A DNA stretch of 63,004 nt, the filler included, from Planctomycetota bacterium (GTDB taxonomy: Bacteria > Planctomycetota > Planctomycetia > JALXBF01): NCBI GenBank assembly GCA_026991575.1. It is 2 parts of 2 records of this genome, joined end to end, with 100 filler letters (N's around TTAATTAATTAA, not from the genome) between each part and the next. Parts side by side here need not be neighbours in the genome. Positions count along the whole stretch, not along the records: positions 31,641 to 63,004 come from JALXBF010000002.1; 1 more part is not named here. One strand, given 5' to 3'. The notes beneath the pieces were generated by a model, which was given only the letters and a program-made list of their open reading frames with translations, was not told where the DNA came from and did not search any database. Of this stretch, positions 58,677 through 63,004 are shown piece by piece (position 1 is the first letter of the stretch; each line of letters begins with the position of its first letter). The position numbers and the translations under genes were made by a program.

Positions 58677-59098
58677 GGGGTGGCTAGCTCCTCTTTCACC
58701 AGCTCCTGCGCGATGTCGGTGCCGTCCAGCTGCACATCTGCAAGCACGCGACCGAAAGAGTCTCGGCCATGGACTGCCAGACGCACGCGTTGCCACTTCA
58801 GCTTGCGACGCAACCACTGAGTGGCTGCTTCTGCTCGGGCCCTCTCTGCCGGATCATCCGCATCCAGCTCAGGCGCATCCACACCTCGAATGCGGATGTG
58901 CTGGTTGCGAAGCGTCACGTCCAGCGGCAACTCGATCTGGGCTACGAACGTGTCACCGTCGATGACCCGCGTAACGACGGCAGTGACGCAGCCAGGATCT
59001 TCGCGCTGCATCGGCTGCAGCTCGATGGCGGCGACAATGACTGCCGCCGTCAACCAGGCCGCGCAGTGATGTGCGAACAGCTTAGCGGCCATCCTCAC
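58664..59098 (-). CDS. Thermonuclease (staphylococcal nuclease-like) with hydrophobic leader
   Basis: VTRVIDGDT, IRIRGVDAPE, DSFGRVLA. Confidence 0.92.
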   Translation of the reverse strand: MRMAAKLFAHHCAAWLTAAVIVAAIELQPMQREDPGCVTAVVTRVIDGDTFVAQIELPLDVTLRNQHIRIRGVDAPELDADDPAERARAEAATQWLRRKLKWQRVRLAVHGRDSFGRVLADVQLDGTDIAQELVKEELATPWRP

Positions 59099-59558
59099 GC
59101 ACCTCGTAGCGAATGGCTCCGTCTTGGTCGACCCACCACCGGACCTTCAACCGCAGCGGCTCGGAAGAAACGGGCAGCTCCCCCTCGCCAGCGGGCACTG
59201 TCCGAGGGGGAGCCTTTCCGGCCCGTCGGGCTGCTTCCCAAAAGGACCAGCCCAGCGCCATGGCACCAGTCAGCAGAGCACAGGCGGCAATGACCCATGG
59301 CCATGGCGATGTCTTCTGCACGTACGTGATGTTGTCGGCGATCGTCAGCTGGCGGTCGCCCACATCTGATGCGCTCCCCTGCGGGAGCAGCCCGCTTTTG
59401 GCCAGTCTGTGCCGCACGGCCTGCTCCTCGATCTCCGCCGCGGCCGCGATGTTGTCCAGGCCGACGGCCTTCAGCATTGTGTCGATCTTGGACTCTTTAG
59501 CCAGGTGCTGATCCCTGGCCTCCGCCAAGGAGCTTGAGCCGTTGTCGCATGAGCGCAT
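59082..59558 (-). CDS. Hypothetical single-TM protein
   Basis: PWVIAACALLTGAMALGW helix; start uncertain. Confidence 0.6.
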   Translation of the reverse strand: MRSCDNGSSSLAEARDQHLAKESKIDTMLKAVGLDNIAAAAEIEEQAVRHRLAKSGLLPQGSASDVGDRQLTIADNITYVQKTSPWPWVIAACALLTGAMALGWSFWEAARRAGKAPPRTVPAGEGELPVSSEPLRLKVRWWVDQDGAIRYEVREDGR

Positions 59559-59760
59559 TGAGAAAGTCCATGCTCGAAGCGTAGGCCGGTGAGCGGAGCA
59601 ATTGCTCCGACGGTCCGGTTACAACCACCTTCGGGTCCGACACAATCCGGTCACCGTCCATGAACGCGATCTTGGATTCCTCGACTTCCAACAGCCCCAG
59701 GGCCTGGAAGACGATCTCCGCGATCTCTTCGGCCGACAGCACTATGCGGACCTCTGCCAC
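59497..59760 (-). CDS. Hypothetical protein
   Basis: Operon spacing, protein-like composition. Confidence 0.55.
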   Translation of the reverse strand: MAEVRIVLSAEEIAEIVFQALGLLEVEESKIAFMDGDRIVSDPKVVVTGPSEQLLRSPAYASSMDFLNALMRQRLKLLGGGQGSAPG

Positions 59761-59766
59761 GGGTCA

Positions 59767-60000
59767 TTACCCCTGCGGCCCACGGACTACGGTCGGCACG
59801 CCACCGGCGCCGCCAGGCAACTGGGCCCTGGCCTGGCCTCCGCCGCTTTCGCTGATGATGCGGTGCGTCAGACCTTCTCGGTAGCCCATCTTGCCCTCGA
59901 TCAATGCGAAGCGGAGCGCCTCCAGGGCAAATGCATGGCCCTGAGCCATACCCACGATGACGGCTTCCATCGCTTCCGCAGCACGTTCACTTGCTGCCAT
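59767..60000 (-). CDS. Hypothetical protein
   Basis: GGAGGT RBS. Confidence 0.6.
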   Translation of the reverse strand: MAASERAAEAMEAVIVGMAQGHAFALEALRFALIEGKMGYREGLTHRIISESGGGQARAQLPGGAGGVPTVVRGPQG

Positions 60001-60262
60001 TGGATCGACCTCCGCTTAGGTACGGTTTGACGTTGATTCGCACTTCACCCTTCAGACCGCGACGTAACCGCTCCCACGACTGCTGCATGGCAGCGATCTG
60101 ACGCTTGAGCTGCTCGATCTCGCGACGCAGCTCGTCGACTTCGCTCTGCTGCGGCCGGTCGGCACTCGCAGCGGCGCCCGGGCGCGGTGCCACGGGCCTC
60201 CACCGCGGCTGCTGCGGCCGCTGCTGTACCACGCCGTCACGCGGCGTCTGAGTCGGCAGCCG
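59987..60262 (-). CDS. Coiled-coil ORF in frame with the upstream protease after a single TGA
   Basis: Frame open from 60262 to 59987; no RBS before GTG 60232. Confidence 0.5.
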   Translation of the reverse strand, partial: RLPTQTPRDGVVQQRPQQPRWRPVAPRPGAAASADRPQQSEVDELRREIEQLKRQIAAMQQSWERLRRGLKGEVRINVKPYLSGGRSNGSK

Positions 60263-60814
60263 TCACGTTGGTGGACCGGCCGGGGCAGCGGCGCTGAGCC
60301 CACCACTGACGCCCCACACTACGCCGGCCACGCTCCCGCCGGGTAGTACGACCGCTGCGCCGCTGTCCCCTTGCCGGACCCTCCCCACGACCCAAAACAG
60401 CTGCTTGCACGTGCGGACGATGCGACGTCCCGTGTAGCGCGCGGGCACTTCGGGCTGTCCGACCCGGTAGAGCACGGCGATGTCAGCACACTGCCCCGGT
60501 AGCGGCCGGACGAAGCGCACGGCAGGCACGCTGTGGGGGGGCACGTGGAGGTACGCCACGTCGGTGGAGCCGTCGGAGTGACAGGTGGACGCGTTCACGG
60601 AGCAGTGGCTGTGGCGCACGACGATGGACGTGCCCCCCCGGACAACGTGCGCTGCGGTCAGCACATGCACGGGGTCGACGATGTAGCCGGTGCCGATCTG
60701 GAGGATGTTCCCGCGACGTGCTTCGACCACGACGATCCGCTGCGGGTCCGGGGCTGCGGACCCGAACCGGGCCAGACTGAGCAGGATGGCGATGGATGCT
60801 ACGATGCGGCCCAC
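60263..60814 (-). CDS. Secreted trypsin-like serine protease
   Basis: Signal peptide; LTAAHV, DVAYL and GDSGA catalytic triad motifs. Confidence 0.88.
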   Translation of the reverse strand: MGRIVASIAILLSLARFGSAAPDPQRIVVVEARRGNILQIGTGYIVDPVHVLTAAHVVRGGTSIVVRHSHCSVNASTCHSDGSTDVAYLHVPPHSVPAVRFVRPLPGQCADIAVLYRVGQPEVPARYTGRRIVRTCKQLFWVVGRVRQGDSGAAVVLPGGSVAGVVWGVSGGLSAAAPAGPPT

Positions 60815-61377
60815 GCGATGGCCCTCCGCGTTGCTGCGCGGCGCAAGTAGTGCACGGCGTTGTGACGCGAGAAAACGGCCACGTTCCGGTGCGCCGCTCT
60901 CAGATTTCCGTCACGGAAGATGGGACAGCTAATCAGGTCGATCCAGCTCCACACGTTGACCCAACGCTCGATCGTGCTTGGCCTGGCAATCGGTGGCAGT
61001 GACAACGGTACGAGCTCACGCTCCGCGTAGACCAAAGGGCTACCCAGTGTTACCAGTCGGTGGTTGCCCTTGGCGAAGTACTTGAGCGCCTTGTACGCGA
61101 TGATCGAGCCGAGTGAGTGAGCTACGATCAGCGCAGGACCGCGGGTATCGGCGATCTTTGCGAGCTCTTCGGGTGTCGCGTCGCCGATGATGTGCCCGAC
61201 GTCCTCCAACCATGCTCGAACGCGTTCCCACCATCTACGCGGGCGCACGGAAGCGTCCCATGTGTACGGCAGCAGCCGGACGTTCCCCCCTACGGCGGCT
61301 CGCAGGTACCTGAGCCACGGTACCCACCAGCCGAACTGCCGCACTGAGCCCATTCCGTGCACCAGCACCACGTGCAT
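60799..61377 (-). CDS. Alpha/beta hydrolase (lipase/esterase-like)
   Basis: VLVHGMG, AHSLG, LVTLGSP, D-L-I and C-terminal His. Confidence 0.88.
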   Translation of the reverse strand: MHVVLVHGMGSVRQFGWWVPWLRYLRAAVGGNVRLLPYTWDASVRPRRWWERVRAWLEDVGHIIGDATPEELAKIADTRGPALIVAHSLGSIIAYKALKYFAKGNHRLVTLGSPLVYAERELVPLSLPPIARPSTIERWVNVWSWIDLISCPIFRDGNLRAAHRNVAVFSRHNAVHYLRRAATRRAIAWAAS

Positions 61378-61446
61378 GACTTGGTCTCCGAACTCACCTA
61401 ATCGCTACCGCGCGTTCGGCCGAAAGTCGACGCGCAAAATGCGTCA

Positions 61447-61746
61447 CTATGCGCCGCTTGGGACGGGCTCCGGCTGGGGCGGTTCGTACTCGATGACCTC
61501 GCCCTCTCGGTAGTGCGGGTGGTGGGAGACCACGATCACACCGCCACCGAGCTTCGGGTCGTAGAAGCAGATCACAGCCCCGGCAGAGCCGTGCAGCTTG
61601 TGCAGCATCATGCCGTAGCGCCAGGTGGGCGCCCGGCCGCCGACGATCACAATGCTGCCCGGTGGCACGTGCGGCACCTCCGGTAGCGGCTCGTCGGGCG
61701 TGATGGGTCGGTCGACGCCGATGTCGACGTAGACGATCTCAGCCAT
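61447..61746 (-). CDS. csx3: Csx3/Crn3-family cyclic oligoadenylate ring nuclease-like protein
   Basis: VIVGGRAPTWRY, HKLH, YDPKLGGGVIVVSH and EGEVI match the Csx3 pattern (GRxPxW, HxxH, YDPRLG, VxSH); 99 aa; GGAGG RBS. Confidence 0.85.
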   Translation of the reverse strand: MAEIVYVDIGVDRPITPDEPLPEVPHVPPGSIVIVGGRAPTWRYGMMLHKLHGSAGAVICFYDPKLGGGVIVVSHHPHYREGEVIEYEPPQPEPVPSGA

Positions 61747-62050
61747 GTTGGTCCTCCGATCTTGCCAGGGTTTCGAACGTAGTGAGTCTCATGACGACAA
61801 CAGGTTCGCACCGGTCTGCCCAGAGCACCAGTGCGTCCACGCCATCCAGCCAACGACGAATGGTCTGCCAGCCGCTGGAACGCGCCTTCAGCTCGATCCG
61901 TATCGGCGGACGCTCCACCACCACATCGCAGCGTGCCTCGCCTGCGGACCCACTGAGCGGCACACGTCGTGCGGGTATGCCCGCGGCGCGCAGCCGCCGG
62001 ACGAGCTCGCGTTCGCGTCGCACGCCTTTTGCTCGTTCACGCCTGCCCAT
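61739..62050 (-). CDS. Holliday junction resolvase (Hjc-like PD-(D/E)xK)
   Basis: KGVRRERE, RVPLSG, D...IELK. Confidence 0.85.
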   Translation of the reverse strand: MGRRERAKGVRRERELVRRLRAAGIPARRVPLSGSAGEARCDVVVERPPIRIELKARSSGWQTIRRWLDGVDALVLWADRCEPVVVMRLTTFETLARSEDQHG

Positions 62051-62607
62051 CAGAACGGCACCTCCTCTGCCTGTCTGCGGCTCGCGCTGATCGGCTCCGC
62101 TTCGCCCTGCAGGCACATCCAGTGGCCGTGCTCGGACAGCTGGAGCTCGAGCAGCGTGCCACGGGGGTCACGGGCGGCTGCCATGTCCCGCCACTCGCGC
62201 AGCAGTTCGACGGTCGGCTGCATGTCGCGCATGTGGCACCACCAGTGGAAGCGGCAGTACCACGGTCCCTGCCCGGACGTGGAAGCGGTGTGCACGCCCG
62301 GCATCGTGCACCGTCCCCAGGAGCAGCGCTCGTAGTCCACGCGGCGGGTGTTCTCGCCGCGGGCCGCAGCGCGATCACGCGCGATCTGTGCTACTGCCAC
62401 CGCGTGGTCCGATGCCGACCGCGGTCTCAACTCGGGACGCCGGTATAGATCGTCACTGGCCGCGGTGGCATCCGCGATGGAGACGTCCGCAAGGATGCGG
62501 GCAATGGCGTCCCGCACCTCGTCGCCGCCACGCTGCACGTAGGCCGCGAACGCCGGAAAGAGTTTCCCGTGGCGGGTAATCCAGAGTTGCACCTCAGCTG
62601 GCGTCAT
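62050..62607 (-). CDS. Hypothetical replication-module protein (possible helicase loader)
   Basis: Directly downstream of initiator; Cys/His cluster; EEVPF C-terminus. Confidence 0.55.
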   Translation of the reverse strand: MTPAEVQLWITRHGKLFPAFAAYVQRGGDEVRDAIARILADVSIADATAASDDLYRRPELRPRSASDHAVAVAQIARDRAAARGENTRRVDYERCSWGRCTMPGVHTASTSGQGPWYCRFHWWCHMRDMQPTVELLREWRDMAAARDPRGTLLELQLSEHGHWMCLQGEAEPISASRRQAEEVPF

Positions 62608-63004
62608 CGCTACCCTCCCGCTTGCGCACCCACTCAGCGAGCTGCTTGTCCAGGTCCTCGTAGACCTGCGCGTAGTAGTCCTTCGGCTTCCCGTTCACCC
62701 TGACCGGCTGTCGCCTGACCAGGTCGATGTGCTTGGCTATGGCCTCTGGGGTGAGGCTTGCTGTCCAACCGAGCTCCTGGAGCACCTCGGCAAGCCGCCG
62801 CACTTCGGCGGCCGTGTACGGCGGGTCAGCCTCGCGGAGCTCGCGGATCGCCTTCTGGATGCGCTTGCAGCTGCGCGGCCGGGACGTGTCCAGTCCGGTG
62901 ACGTCCCGGATGGCCTCCCAGAGTGCGGCGCGCTCGGGATCGCGGGGCTTGCGCGCGCGCTTGGGTGGCTGCTCCGGCTCGGGCTCCGGGGAGCACTCGC
63001 GGGA
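62594..63004 (-). CDS. Phage replication initiator, C-terminal part
   Basis: Reads ...VTGLDTSRPRSCKRIQKAIRELREADPPYTAAEVRRLAE..., in frame with 31653-32411 through the overlap. Confidence 0.8.
   Translation of the reverse strand, partial: SRECSPEPEPEQPPKRARKPRDPERAALWEAIRDVTGLDTSRPRSCKRIQKAIRELREADPPYTAAEVRRLAEVLQELGWTASLTPEAIAKHIDLVRRQPVRVNGKPKDYYAQVYEDLDKQLAEWVRKREGSDDAS

Larger units (their letters stand above)
31653..62878. mobile_element. Complete circular temperate phage genome, 31,226 bp, siphovirus-like
   Basis: 126-bp terminal overlap; integrase plus attP; terminase, portal, scaffold, capsid, tail tube and tape measure genes; no sheath gene seen. Confidence 0.92.

Noticed and set aside
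61380..61800. CRISPR-Cas locus around csx3
   Set aside because: No other cas genes or repeat-spacer array anywhere in the window.
62879..63004. 126-bp repeat as virion terminal repeats or attL/attR
   Set aside because: It lies mid-gene, far from int and the tRNA fragment, and its length fits an assembler overlap on a circular contig.

Overview
The window is two contigs joined by an artificial 100-nt linker (N44-TTAATTAATTAA-N44, 31541-31640), so the halves are not shown to be physically adjacent. Left contig (1-31540): high-GC bacterial chromosome, probably a motile planctomycete (inferred from DUF1080, a Tat-type aldo/keto reductase and a DUF3604-like hydrolase). It carries a periplasmic Nitrospira/anammox-type NXR/nitrate reductase operon (cytochrome-c-fused gamma, alpha, hypothetical, beta, TorD-type chaperone), a convergent chemoreceptor with a NarX/McpN-type nitrate box, dacB, an orphan fliG-like gene and a cheY-X-A-W-mcp-Y-B-R cluster. 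Right contig (31641-63004): an apparently complete circular 31,226-bp temperate siphovirus-like phage. A 126-bp end overlap restores the replication initiator ORF, and a tyrosine integrase lies next to a tRNA-Leu(CAA) 3' fragment (attP). Notable phage cargo: a stand-alone Csx3/Crn3-like ring nuclease with no CRISPR locus (candidate anti-type III CRISPR); a MuF-kinase-ADP-ribosyltransferase head protein with a candidate immunity gene; a GT2-sulfotransferase fusion; a lipase/protease/nuclease/holin cassette with no recognisable endolysin; a protease interrupted by one in-frame TGA; and a split large terminase. Family calls come from motif recognition by eye; no database searches were run.
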